DNA of 63,994 nt, the filler included, from Bigelowiella natans CCMP2755 (lineage: Eukaryota; Protista; Cercozoa), in NCBI GenBank assembly GCA_000320545.1. It is 4 parts of 4 records of this genome, joined end to end, with 100 filler letters (N's around TTAATTAATTAA, not from the genome) between each part and the next. Parts side by side here need not be neighbours in the genome. Positions count along the whole stretch, not along the records: positions 1 to 30,922 come from ADNK01000017.1; positions 31,023 to 40,590 come from ADNK01001489.1; 2 more parts are not named here. One strand, given 5' to 3'. Below, in pieces: positions 26,525-39,088 of this stretch (position 1 is the first letter of the stretch; every line of letters starts with the position of its first letter). A program made the translations under genes and the position numbers. The notes under the pieces were generated by a model. It did no database searches, had not been told where the DNA came from, and was given only the letters and a program-made list of their open reading frames with translations.

Positions 26525-29500
26525 TAAAAGTGTGTATATATATATATTTACATAAGGGGGAGAGATAGAGAGTGTGTGTGTGTGTGTAGTGACATTAATC
26601 TTGCAGCTGTTGGGAATGTTTGAGATACTTCCACACTTACACACAACTACATGCAATATTATTTCGAAAGCACAAACCTTACTCTCCCGTTGTTTCCCGC
26701 TTGTTTCAGCAACTATTAGGATGGTGATGAAACGATGACGCGACAAAGAAGATGATAAGAAAGAAAAGGAAGAAGAAGAAGAAGAAGAAGAAGAAGAAGA
26801 AGGTAAAAACAGCTCAGAATATGATGAGATTCTCTATCACAGAAATACTAATCTTGTGAGTATCACGTTCGCAACAACTAAGTGAAATTTGTCACGATAA
26901 AATATCCTCCCTTTTGCCAGCCTCTCTCTACCGCATTACCGCTTGGGCGTGCGGATTCAGAGAAAGGAGTGTCAAAGACTCTAAGAGTCTCCTTCGTGAC
27001 CACCACCTCGTTAAATACTTCATCGAACAAACACCTGATGATGACGACGACGACAATGCGTGTGTACGTAAGACGCACGCACACACGCAACACCACGCAC
27101 ACACACACACACACACAAACGCACGTGTCACTTGATAGGAATGGGTATGCTATTCCCAATCATCAATGATCATTTGCATTCCTCTCTTCTTCAACGCAGA
27201 GGCACCTCCTCGCTTCCAGCTGGAAGTTGTAGCTGGTGACTATGCGGAATGTGTAGTAGAGCATCTCCGCGCTTGTGAAATACGACCTGGCCAGGAGAGG
27301 ATGGGGAGGGGGTTACGTGCGGTTAGCAATAATTACCATCATTATCAAGGAAGACAAAGAAAAACGCATCTTAGGATAACGGGGATGATGGTGTGCCCTA
27401 TGATGACAGCTTTGCTATGGACGATATCAGCGACCCCAGCACCCAGTCGTGAGTGAAGGAGAACCAGTATTGAATGAAATGTGTGACATGGGTGCGGAGG
27501 AGGTGGTGGGTTTCTAAGAACTAACTTCGCTTTCTTGTCCTTTCGCAGCGCTCGGAGTGCACTGAGTGATGGCTTTATCGTGACCTGCCAAAATAAGACG
27601 AAAAGCCACCATTCATCACATTCTTCATTACTATCAGTAGAAAGCACACGCGGCAATATGTTTGTTCCCCCCTGTTTCCCTCATCTTACTCCTCCTCTTA
27701 CTCCTCCTCCTCCTCCTCCTCCTCCTCCTCCTCCCCTTTGAGACGTTCTTACATTGTTGCAAAGATTCGATATGTGCCCTAGAATCACCTGCACCATACA
27801 GTTGTGGAGTATGATTATGATGATAATGATGGTGGTGATGGTATTAGATACTTGCAGCAGTAGCACACCACCACCACCACCACCACCACCACCAGCCGCC
27901 GATTGCAACAAGAAGAATCAAATAGTCCCGCTTTGCCCAATCATCGCAATAATATCCAAAACTCCATCCACTTTGTCGGCGTTGTAATTCGTGTTTCAGC
28001 AAGCATATAGCCCCCCCCCCCCCCCCTCCCTCCCCTCCTGACGCACTTGCTTGCAGTTGCTGTAGTCGGGTTTGAGCGTTGTTTGAGGGAGCGGCGCGTT
28101 CTTTATCGGGATGTACTCTTTTCGACGAAATAAAACAACAAAAACGCGGCGGCAAACGGAACATTTTCAGTGTCAGAAATCACACCTCCAAATAGGACGA
28201 AAACACAGAATGTAAGGCCGACATCAGGCTCTCCCAGCAAGCCACATATCGGATCTATTTCTTACAAAAAACGTCGATAACGCTTGCCTATGGCCCAGCA
28301 TTATAATCATGGATGTTTTCGCCGCCCATCACACGCATGATTGAGTTGGATTGTGGGTCTCTTCTAAGTGCTTTTGTACATTCATTACTACCAAGGCCGA
28401 AGTTGTTGGCAGGGTCCTGTGCCCATGATCCATGATAGCTGATGGTGATTTGATGATATTTGTTTGATGAAGATGTGACGCTGTATGAGAAGGTGGATTG
28501 AGTACACCACCACAATGGCGACTAGGTGGAAGAGGGGGAGGGGGAGAAGACAAGGGCATGATACTACCCGCATTCCTTGACGCTCAGGAACCGTCGGGTA
28601 TCCTTTTACACACGCATACAAACACATGTAAAAACAGACGCACACACACACACATACACATACGAATACACTCCAGGACAAGGAGGACAAGCAACGACTT
28701 CAATGTCGAGTTGTACGTGCGCACACGCGTGCATAAGTACCAAATTTCATACTTTAGCCCAACCCCCCCCCCCTCCCTCTTCCAACTTCCAGAGTTGCTC
28801 TTCCAAACATCATTGCTACTACTACTCTTCTGCTGCAAGTAGTTGTACCATAGGAATAACGATCCCGACATCGATGTTGGGAGAGAAACGCCACCTGAAA
28901 CAAAGAAAAGACGATTCATTCAGGAGGAGGAGGAGGAGGAGGAGGAGGAGGAGGAGGAGGAAGCTACGACCATTTTAATGGCATGAACACTGCCTACAGG
29001 CTTCATTTGGACAAAATTTGTCGTTGAATCTGTGGGAAATTTTTGCGAAGAAAAAAGGACGCTCGTGCTCGACATCAGAAAGCTTGTGCACCATCATCAT
29101 CATCATCATCATCATCATTATACCCAAGGCGAGAGAGCATAGTTCTCGCAGAAGGCGTGCGTGACAAAAGCCCCATAATGTAGAAACATGTGCCTGAGGA
29201 AGCAGAGGAGGAGGGAGGGGGGGGGGGGTGGGGGGGGGGACGAATTCAGAATTCAGACAATAGGTTATTCGTGGAAGCAGTATATACATGATCGATATAG
29301 AAGTATTGATTTAATGATGGGCTCTCATCAAGTCTGCTGCTGTTTCTTTGCTGACACAATCATCCAGACACCATGATGAAGGAAGAAATGAATGCATGCT
29401 AATGATAATGGTAATGATGATGCCTCCCTCTCAGCAGTCCGGGTAATCACAGCAGAACCCAAAAACGAAGGGAGGGGGGGGGGGGGGGGGAGTCTTTCCT

Positions 29501-30077
29501 CTGCAGGAATAATGCATATACCTCTCATGGAGAGGGTGGGACACTCCAACGCCATGTCAGATATCATGCCTATCACGTCCTCCTATGAAGCATTATTCAA
29601 ATACTCCTTTATCTCCGCCACCACCTTCTCGTCGCAATATCACACAAGCACACAAAGCTAACACACACACACCACTAAGCGTATCATGCACACACACCTT
29701 TTGCTCCTGCAGCAATCGAAAGCCAGTCTCCGAGGACCTACCAAAAGGATGTTGTTTGTTTACTGATCATCCATCATCAACACACAGAGATATTTGAACG
29801 TTCCACAACAAAAGCCAGGCTTCATCACTACTCAGCAGCGGCAATATCGTTAGTTTTTAGACGTGGTGTGTGCTATGTTGTTGTTGTTGTTGTTGTCGCT
29901 GTTATAGTAGTGGAGAGAGTCCCACTGTTACTGCTACTACTACTACTACTACTACGACTCCTGCTGACCCTATTTGGCCAACTGCCCACAACGCCGTTCG
30001 AATCTTCAGCGCACTTGTTTTATTCTGAGCAAAGCCATCAATGTTAATGTGGTTATTCAATAACTTTGATGCGGAAG

Positions 30078-30126
<49 letters not shown>

Positions 30127-30680
30127 AGAGGAAGAGGGGGGGGGCTATTGTTTAGTTCCATCGTCGGTAACGATTAATTAGTTTTCCTCTTACGTGCTGC
30201 TGGAGGTTGACATCGTTGGCATTCTTTTTGCTTCTTGCTGCTGCTTTCGAATCTACTCCTCCTTCACCTGCCGCACCTGCTCTTGAAGATGCTGTTTCTG
30301 CTGCTGCTTTCGGGTCCTCCTTGTTCTTCTTCTTCTTCTTCTTCTCAGCATCATCATTATCATCATCATCTTCAACCTCCTCCACCGTAACTGCACATTT
30401 GCCCCCTCCTAGCTCCTCCCCTTCTCCATCACCGCCATTACTGGTAGTAGCAGTAGAAGTTGTTGTTGTTGTTGTTGTTGGGGATTGCAGCAGATTCCGT
30501 GGCTTCTTCCGGAGTTTCAATTGGACTCCTCCTTCGAGTTCTCCTCCTGCTGCTCCTGAGGAGCTGCTTGGGGATGTATACTCTTGCTGCTGCTGCTGCT
30601 GCTGCTGTGATCTTGTTTCAGTGTTTACTACTGTCGCGCCATTAGCGATGGTGCTTACGAACATGTCCAGATGGCCACTG
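25719..30680 (-). CDS. RICTOR: Rictor/Avo3/Pianissimo (TORC2 subunit), C-terminal part; remainder presumably in or beyond the gap at 30923
   Basis: Spliced segments SGHLDMFVSTI, KIRTALWAVGQIG|SSETGFRLL, ECPTLSMRG|TCFYIMGLLSRT..LG|WRF, ILGHISNLCNNV|TIKPSLSAL and YNFQLEARR|CLFDEVF match the Rictor C-terminal conserved blocks in order. The extreme 3' exons are tentative. Confidence 0.8.
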
Positions 30681-30828
30681 ATGAATCATCCAACATTGTG
30701 CTTTTAGCATCGCCATCATCGTCGATGTCGTTGTCGTAGTAGGGGGAGCAGTATTATGGCTAATATATAAGTCATCATCCCACCTCCCCCCCCCATCACG
30801 CACACCGATATACACACACACGCACACA

Positions 30829-30886
<58 letters not shown>

Positions 30887-30922
30887 GATTACAAACTGGC
30901 GCCTCATGCGGGGCCCCCCCCC

Positions 30923-31022
30923 NNNNNNNNNNNNNNNNNNNNNNNNNNNNNNNNNNNNNNNNNNNNTTAATTAATTAANNNNNNNNNNNNNNNNNNNNNN
31001 NNNNNNNNNNNNNNNNNNNNNN
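30923..31022. other. Assembly gap with artificial six-frame-stop spacer
   Basis: 44 N + TTAATTAATTAA (30967-30978) + 44 N; the identical construct occurs three times. Confidence 0.97.
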
Positions 31023-31032
31023 CCCCACCCCC

Positions 31033-31072
<40 letters not shown>

Positions 31073-31336
31073 GGCACAAATGATGCCATCTTCAATATAC
31101 ATTCTGTCTCTCATATCGTAGTTATGTTGCGCGCCCCCCGTGTTTGTAATTGTATTTGTATGTGTGTGTGTGTGTGTGCGCGCGCGTGCACTACGGCCGT
31201 GTTTATTTTCAGCCTGAATGCATGCGTGGACGACCACTTACAACAGGTATTGTTTTGACAAACACACACACACACACACACACGCAAACACACACACACA
31301 CACACACGCACGCATAAATACGAATCAAACAAAGGA

Positions 31337-31377
<41 letters not shown>

Positions 31378-32514
31378 ACTAAAATCGCGCGCGCGCGGTT
31401 TTGTATGCGTGCGTCTTATTATTCGCGTGTTTTGGCGGATTGCTATGTTTCTGTTGGCTCAAAAGATACGGAGGCAAATAGAGTATGAGAAGCAAAAGGC
31501 TTCGGGTGGAAGTTCTGGCGGGGGGGCGGGTGACGACGACGACGACGATTTGGTAGTAATGCAGTTGGTCGCACGCATGGTGTAGATGATGATAATAACC
31601 ACCACGGTGGTGGTGGTGAATAGTGATTATGATGATGACGATGATGCTTCCTCTTTCTCATCATACGAATCTTTGCTCACATAGTTCTCCGCGGATTTCG
31701 CTAAGCTGAGAGGGCCTAGTAGTAAGTCATGTTTTCTCACATGTCTGCTGTTTCTTCCTCGCGCTCGAAGGATCGCTTCGTGAGTGTTTCATGCCATATG
31801 TGCATTTGTTGCAAATACTGAATATCCCCCTCCCCCCCCCCCCCCCCGCCGTGTTGCGAAAGGCTCAGGAGCAGCAGTGATGAATCCTTGCCCCCCCCCT
31901 GTCGAGCCTATATCAGGGCCTTCTGCGGAGGATGGTAACCGCTAACAACTGTTGTAGATTAGAATGCCAGAAAGACACGCACACGCGCGCCACTCCGACC
32001 CCAGATCGACTCTATTGCTTCTTCACGCATATTCTCTAACAATCCCTCCAGGAAAGAGGAAGAAGAAGAAGAAGAAGAAAAAGGTAGCAGCCTTTCTTCA
32101 GCGTTTGTTTACGCAAACAGGATAGCAAAAGTGGAGGGGGGGGGGGGGGGGGGGGGGGGGGCGTAGCTGGAACGTTGTCACACTCTCTCGCGCGCGCGCC
32201 GCTGTCTCTTTCTCCAGATTTCATCTCTATTTGGTATCATGTCAGAAGATGCTGGTGTAGAAAGGGGGGGGGGGGGCATGTGCTTGTTGCTTCGGTTTTC
32301 GGCATTCTATGCAGTCGTTCACATTATTCGTTTGTGCTCAGAAGAAGAAAGGAGCTCAAGGCGCCGATGCGTCGAAGGTCCGCGCACCATGATAGCCTTC
32401 ATCTCTTTGTGCCTATATGAAAAGAAGGACAAAAAGAGAGAATGTGTTTGCAAATGCTAGTTGGTATGTTCTGTTCTCAATGTATTCGTTCATAAACATA
32501 TTTGCATTTATATA

Positions 32515-32959
32515 ATGGACAACGTCTTTCAGCAGTTCGGCGATGATTTCGACGCTGATTTCGCCGATTTTGGCGATTTCGAGTCGGGGAACACCGCCAA
32601 CAATGCTCCACAGGAGTCGTCACAGCAGCAGGTTCTGACTCGCTGCGCACTGTTTTCCCCTTACCGCAAAAGAAGACCAAGGATTCTCGTAGATCTCGCC
32701 CTTCGCCATTGCAAGCTTTCTCGTTAGTTAGTTCTTTGTTCTACCCATTTTTGCGTAATGTTGTACTCTCCTCCTCCCCAACTCTCCATTTGGTGTTCTG
32801 CAGAGCTACGACGCATCAGGGTGGGAAGCTTCATTTGACAGCGGAATGGGCACATCCTCACCCTCTTCAGAGATGAAAAGCGGAGGCAACACCACCGCTA
32901 GCGGGAACACTGCAAACAATGCCAACGCCGTGAATGACATCCTTGGCTTATTTTCGTAG
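32515..32959 (+). CDS. 90-aa disordered protein made of clathrin-adaptor-binding-like motifs
   Basis: Exons 32515-32631 and 32804-32959 (GT-AG, phase 0). Protein: MDNVFQQFGDDFDADFADFGDFESGNTANNA..GWEASFD..SGNTANNANAVNDILGLFS*. Confidence 0.65.
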
Positions 32960-33660
32960 AGAGTGCTATATAATGTAGATGGTGCATGGTCATGTAATCT
33001 CACACTGCTGTATCTCTAGATCTAGCCATGTATACACACGCCTAGACACGCATCGCATATGCTAGCATGGCCTGCATTGGCTGTTCTAGTGTTGTTGCTG
33101 TCACCGATGACAATAGACATACGTACATATGACATATATTATATATATTATATATACTGTGTCCATAGTGATGCGAACGTTGTTCATGTTGATGCATTGC
33201 ATAATGTGCGATGAAAAGATCTAGAGGAGGAATGGCGCAATTGGCCGCACTGCATGATAGCCTGCGAAAGTTCGAACCCGTGCTACCTCTATAGGCACCA
33301 TTTTGTCAATCGCGCTGCTTGCGCACACACGACGATGTTTAGATGTGACTGTCTGCTAGCTATGCTGGCGCAACCTATAAACGCTTATCTCATCTTGGGG
33401 CCGAATCATCATGCGTGCATGCTTGCCGTCCTATCTAGCTATAGCTAGCTAGCTAGGCCGCATGCAGATGTTGTCAATGGGTGCTAGATTGCGTGATTTC
33501 ACGAGCATCTAGACATTCAGGTACAGCTGGACAACAACACCAATTGCACAGTGATGACCAATAAGCATGCTAGCATGACGTTGTGAATTGCGACCCACGT
33601 TAGGTGATGCTGATGATGATCGAGTCATGATCCTCGGCTAGCGCTATATAGTCAGTGCGC

Positions 33661-34580
33661 TCAGACACTTGCACTAGTTGCAGTCGTTTCTTCGAACACC
33701 CATGTGATGTTCTGCGATTCATCTAAGATTTCTTTGATTGTGTCCCATCTTGGAAGCGCCTCAGCGGATTTTTTCCCTCTGATCTTGATGTGAATCTGAG
33801 ATGGATTTGATGAGATTTCATTTGTTTCTTCACATGCGCACACACGTGCTTCGTGAGCCCATCCACGTATGAACAAGTCGTGAAGCTGTAAGTGAATTTG
33901 ATGTGCAAGATATGATCTATGCATGGCAACCTTCTGTCCGTATTGGTACTTGTACCCTCCTCTCAGGATGTCATTGAAAGCATCAAGGTTGCGACCGAAG
34001 TCTGGGGAAAATCAGATTAATGACAGCGATGAAGACGAATGTTGCAATGATGGCACCAATAGCAGGATATGACAACGGCACGAATGAAATGATGACGATG
34101 ATAGACCTTTAAAATCAGGACAAAATGTTTCTGCGACTCTATCATAAAACTGGTTGAGGTCCGCATGACCCCTTAGATCTAGTTCCACCCCTATTATTTC
34201 TGAGAAACAACAACGTCGGTGATAAGTTCAACAAGGACGATGCTAATTATTACGAGTGTAATGGCATCCGGAATGGGTTCAGATAGAATGATACAGACGA
34301 ACAGCCATGGCAATAATGATGATAGTCAAATATTGATGATAACGATGACAACGATCCGGTGGCGACTGTGCGACTAAGACAATGAATTCGACGATAGCAC
34401 GACGACTAGACTGCAAGTGTTTCGTGTCTATGCATCCACTGATAGATAGATGATGAAAATGATGACGACGGGGTCTGTCTTTAATAGTGTGACCGTCGGA
34501 GATAATAATGACAATTTTGCTGGTTTTGAGAATTGCGAGCTTGTGTGCATAAAATCACCGTTGCTGTTTTCGCTGGACAT
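33661..34580 (-). CDS. Barstar (barnase inhibitor) family protein, 5 exons, ~108 aa
   Basis: Exons 34580-34559 (alternative first exon 34308-34299), 34190-34107, 34001-33956, 33885-33846, 33795-33661, all GT-AG and phase-consistent. Protein: ..VELDLRGHADLNQFYDRVAETFCPDFKDFGRNLDAFNDILRGGF..HIKIRGKKSAEALPRWDTIKEILDESQNITWVFE. It contains the barstar G-x-NLDA-x2-D signature at the expected position and has barstar length. Confidence 0.85.
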
Positions 34581-34782
34581 TGCAGAATTTATCGTTATTC
34601 CTGCTTATTCATAGTCAAATCGTTATGATCGTTATCGTTCCCGTCATTCATCGTTAAAGCAGAGCGGGAGGGGGTTGGCGAACAGAAGGTGCTTAAAAAA
34701 GCACAAGCAGGCTATTTACACGAGAAGACTTCAATTCTCTCCCATAATATAATTTAATACATAATGCAAGAATTTTCATTGG

Positions 34783-34919
34783 TGCGACATGGCTGGTCAT
34801 AACTTTTTTGGAAAAGCCGGGCAACTGAGAATTAGTAGCATACAATTACACCTCATTTTTGTCGTGTGACTTCCATAATTTGATGTCGCAGGATAATAAA
34901 CCGATAAAACCATGTCGCA
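34783..34919. promoter_or_regulatory. Divergent promoter (barstar / NanA-like) with oriented CATGTCGCA motifs
   Basis: TGCGACATG at 34783-34791 faces barstar. ATGTCGCA at 34883-34890 and CATGTCGCA at 34911-34919 face the lyase ATG at 34948. Confidence 0.5.
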
Positions 34920-34947
34920 CGAATGAGCATAAACGAAGCAAGGGATA

Positions 34948-36164
34948 ATGGTTTCCGGCAGCGTTTCGAAGCAACCCCCATTGCTGCCATGCCTAGCCGT
35001 TGTGCTCCTGGCAACTGTAGCGACAGAGGCGTCTTCCCCGCCTACTCCGATTCAAAAGAAATGGCTTGAAGCAATGCCGGAAGAGATGGTTTTGCACGCG
35101 CCGTACACGCCTTTTCGAGCCGACTACAGCCTGAACGCAACAAAGACAATGGTGGACGGGCTCGCCGCCCAGGCTGCGGCATTCGGCGTGACCACAGTGT
35201 GGGTGCCTGGAACGATGGGACAATTCGAGACTCTGACCATTGCAGAAAGGAAGGAACTCGTAGCTCGATGGGTGGAGGCTGGACACCGGCACGGACTTTA
35301 CATTATCGCCCACGTGGGGACGAACTCTATCGAAGAGGCAAGGGACCTTGCCGCGCACGCTCAGAAGGTCGGTGCTGATGCCATCGCATCGGTACCGCCT
35401 TTCTATGGCTCCGTGACGGATGTTGACGCGATTGTGGCCTTCCTCGGAGAGATTGCGAAAGGAGCGGCCGAGCTACCTTTGTTCTACTACCACATCCCTG
35501 GGACGACGCACGCCACGATCAAGGCGATGGACCTCTTCGCTTCTGCTCAGAATAACGGTCTTCACAGTTTGATGGGAGTGAAGTACGTGTCGACTGACAT
35601 GGGGGACTGGTACGTTCACTAGCACATGTTTTCCCATGACATTACATTTGAAAGTAACGGACTATCCGGGGGGGGGGGGGGGGGGGGGTTTGGAGAGAAC
35701 GACAAAATATGACTCTTTGAATTTAGCTTACAGAATACATAATCGACATTCATCTATTGCGTTCCTGTCTCAGGTTTAACCTTGTAGCGACGTATAACAC
35801 AACGAAGGCGCTGCTCTTTGCTCCTGAGCCCAAGCTAGCATCCTTTGGCCTTGGAATTGGCCGTGGCACAGTACTCGCAGAGGACTTCTTCGCCGGCACG
35901 TATCGTCGTATGAAGCAGAGTTTCTTCTCCTCATCGTCTGCTAGCACGAATGCTACTTTGGAGCAAGCATGGAAGCTAGCCGCAGGTGCAGTGTTCGGGC
36001 AATATGGAGGTGGTTCTGCGGAGAGGACTGTGTATGGACGCTTCCCGCACACGTGCGAGCTCGATCTTGGCCCTCCACGATTGCCTTCGAAGCCAATTAC
36101 GCAAGAACAAAAGAAAGAGCTTTTCAAGGCGCTGGATTCAATCGATTTCTGGAACAGGTTGTAG
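34948..36164 (+). CDS. N-acetylneuraminate lyase / DHDPS-family class I aldolase with predicted signal peptide
   Basis: Motifs APYTPF, GTMGQ (GxxGE variant), IIAHVG, GADAIASVPPFY, LFYYHIPGTT and Schiff-base GVKY. One intron (~35610-35773) joins DW|FNLV. Hydrophobic leader LLPCLAVVLLATVATEA. Confidence 0.85.
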
Positions 36165-37024
36165 CTTATCAGAGCGTCATGATCTCTTGTTTCAGAATGA
36201 GTACGCAGCTTTGCCGTTTTTTGAGCACGTCGGCCCCGTTGTCCTATAAGTAAAGATGGGGGCGACCTCTATGTCTTTTCCAATATCACAAACATGCACC
36301 GGTATATGCGGTTGATGCACGCATGCTACTAGGCATGAAGCACATTCTACATGTCACATGTTAGCTCTTCAGCGCCGCGTGCAGTACACAAACACATGCA
36401 TCTACGCATGCATCTGCTACACGATGTTATAGTAATTGATGAACATAGCCGTAGGTGTATACACATGTGTACATACACAATCAACACATATGCAACCTAG
36501 CAACCCTGTTTGAGACTCACTCACTCACAAAATAAACATAAAGTGTAGCCATTGTTGTAGCTACATGATTAGAACTAAATAGAATTTTCCTTTTGAATGT
36601 GCATCGCTAGATCTTTGCATCCATGCTAGCCGCACGATGCGATCGATCGCACCCCGGACTGCATGCATGTGCACATATGCATATATTTATTTATTTATAT
36701 TCGCCCCACCATGTGGTGGGTGCAGCTTGCATCCGATACATCCATAAGTATGGGTTGAAAGGAGGCCGTGTACTTGTTCAAGAGCTGCGCAGTTAGTTGG
36801 CTGCAGTGTCATTCACAAACTCCACAGTTTACAGTGAAGAGCCCGCAGTAATAACGCCGTTGTTTGTTGAACTATACCTCTCGCACACAATTTGTGGCGA
36901 TTTTGCCGCTCCATTTCCCTCCGACCTGTAGGCATCTGACATGACTTCTGATAAGACAGACGCTTCTTTGGTTCTACCTGCGTTGTACAAAAAACAACGC
37001 ATCGATCAGCCGCGGAGAAAATAG

Positions 37025-39045
37025 CTAGCCCCATCTCCGCACACAAGCCACATATATGAACAAGTCACTCAAACTGCGCCCCCCCCCCCCCCCCGGCCCA
37101 ATATCAATTGCACACTCAGTTATTTTCCATGCATTGCGTCGTCGCATGTGCGTGTGTTCGTGCGCATCTGCGAATATGCACAGAAGCGCGTGTGGGCGTC
37201 CAGTTCCATAAAACGCACTTTTTGGCCTGCTGGTAGGAAGTCTCCGCGATCCGCCTAACCCAGAGCGGATCGAGCGAGCGCCATTGCGAAATGTTGTAGA
37301 GGCCCCCTTGGCCTCCACGCGGGACATGTTGATACCGCGGGAGGCTCTCTGGTGAATCTCAATGACAGAAACGCCGCCAATCGCGTAAAAAAGCCTCGCC
37401 GCGAAGAGGGGAAGGAGCATTGCGACTTGCGGAATGCATTGGAGAGTGGCGATTGTCACGTAGAGGGCGGTGTATCTGCAAAAACATCAAATGACATCCG
37501 GCGGTGCTCGTAATCCCCGTCATTGCTGTCATCTCGCGCCATGTTTGCATCGAGCTTGTTTTGCTAGAGGCTGCTGCAAAGTCCTCCGAGAAGGCTATTC
37601 TCTTCTTTCTTATGACCCGCCCTCCCCCCGCATTACAACATGCATTCATCGATATGCTCTTATGATCGGTTGTACTCACTCGCCGCTGCCTTGAAGCCAC
37701 GCAATGAGGGCCACGCCAACGATCCCGGATATGATCGCCGTGTATAGAGATAGACCGAGCTCCTTAGCTTCGTTGTACTGTCAGGCAATCAAAACATAAT
37801 TCATGGCCAATCTCAGCTGGGAAATAGTTCAGCTAGTTTAGTTGGAGGAGGGGGGGGGGGGGAGAGGGGGGCAAGGATCAGTATTTGCTTGACTCTGCAG
37901 CGTGCAAAAAGCCCTCTAGCAAGATGTACCTCAAGTCCAAGAAAATTGAAAAAGACCACACTGACCTATATCACATCCCCGCCCCTACTCCAAAGTCTAC
38001 CCGTCTCTCCCTTATATATTTCAGGGTGTGTAATCGATCAATGATACCTGCAATGGGGCCTCCCTTGCATCATAGGCCAGCTTCGTGATGACGAGGGCAA
38101 ACGTCGCTAGCACCGCGATAGTGAGGTAGAAGAACGTCGTGTCAAACGCGCAGATGTGCACGGTCGTGACGCTGCTCGCACTTTCATTTGATATCGAGAT
38201 CGTCGTCGCCCGGGGGGGGGACACGAAAGAGTGAATGCCTGCAGGAAGGAACATGTTACAACGTCGCGCGCGAAAACGCAGCAGCAAAGAGGCGACGAGG
38301 GCAGAGCACTCTGAGAGAGGCACATGCAACATGCAACGCCGCGCGATAGCGCCTTTACCGCCCTACCTAACAGGAGGGTGATGACCGCCAGCGGAACCAC
38401 GAACAGTCGGATCAGATGCACATCGCTGAGCTTCGAGATGTTGTCCATCGTCTTTGTGAAGATACGATATATCCGGTACGTTTTGACGCCCAGCGCTGAG
38501 AAGACCATCGCCATCCCGACCGGAGGAAGCCACAGCCTTGCGGCGCAGTTTGACGACGCTGTCGCAAAATGACATATGCAAATCTCAGATTAGCAGGGGC
38601 TAATCGGGGAGCACCGCGCATCGACGGCATCGCCTTTATTCAGCACTACGACAGAGGAAAGAATCGACTGAACCAAAGACGCGGTGTACAGAGCGGAGTA
38701 TATACTGTTTCGATGTTGTATTATCAAGAAGGCTTTGACCGCACATGGTTTGTCAGCTATGTAGAGCGGCGTGGCGACGATGCAAAGTAGGAACCCAGCA
38801 ATGGTCAGAATGGAGAATGTCATGCTGTGAGTATGGACAAGAGGGGGAGGGGGGGCGACGGGGGGCGAGGGAAGTAAGCAACAGCATCGTATGATAACGA
38901 TAGGGAAGAGGAGGAAAGGGGAGGCAAGAGATGACGGAGACAGAAATTGGACCAGTGTGCACAAAAATACGCATATTATCCCATGTTGGTAGGACGACAG
39001 ACAACTGCCCACCCCCACACACACAGAGAGAGAGAGAGAGGAGAG

Positions 39046-39088
<43 letters not shown>

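Noticed and set aside
30967-30978. TTAATTAATTAA palindrome repeated three times
   Set aside because: Always centred in N-runs; it is an artificial all-frame stop spacer, not biology.
32000-36200. Cognate barnase/RNase toxin next to barstar
   Set aside because: The neighbours are the 90-aa motif protein and the lyase. I saw no RNase motifs, though a micro-exon gene elsewhere cannot be excluded.
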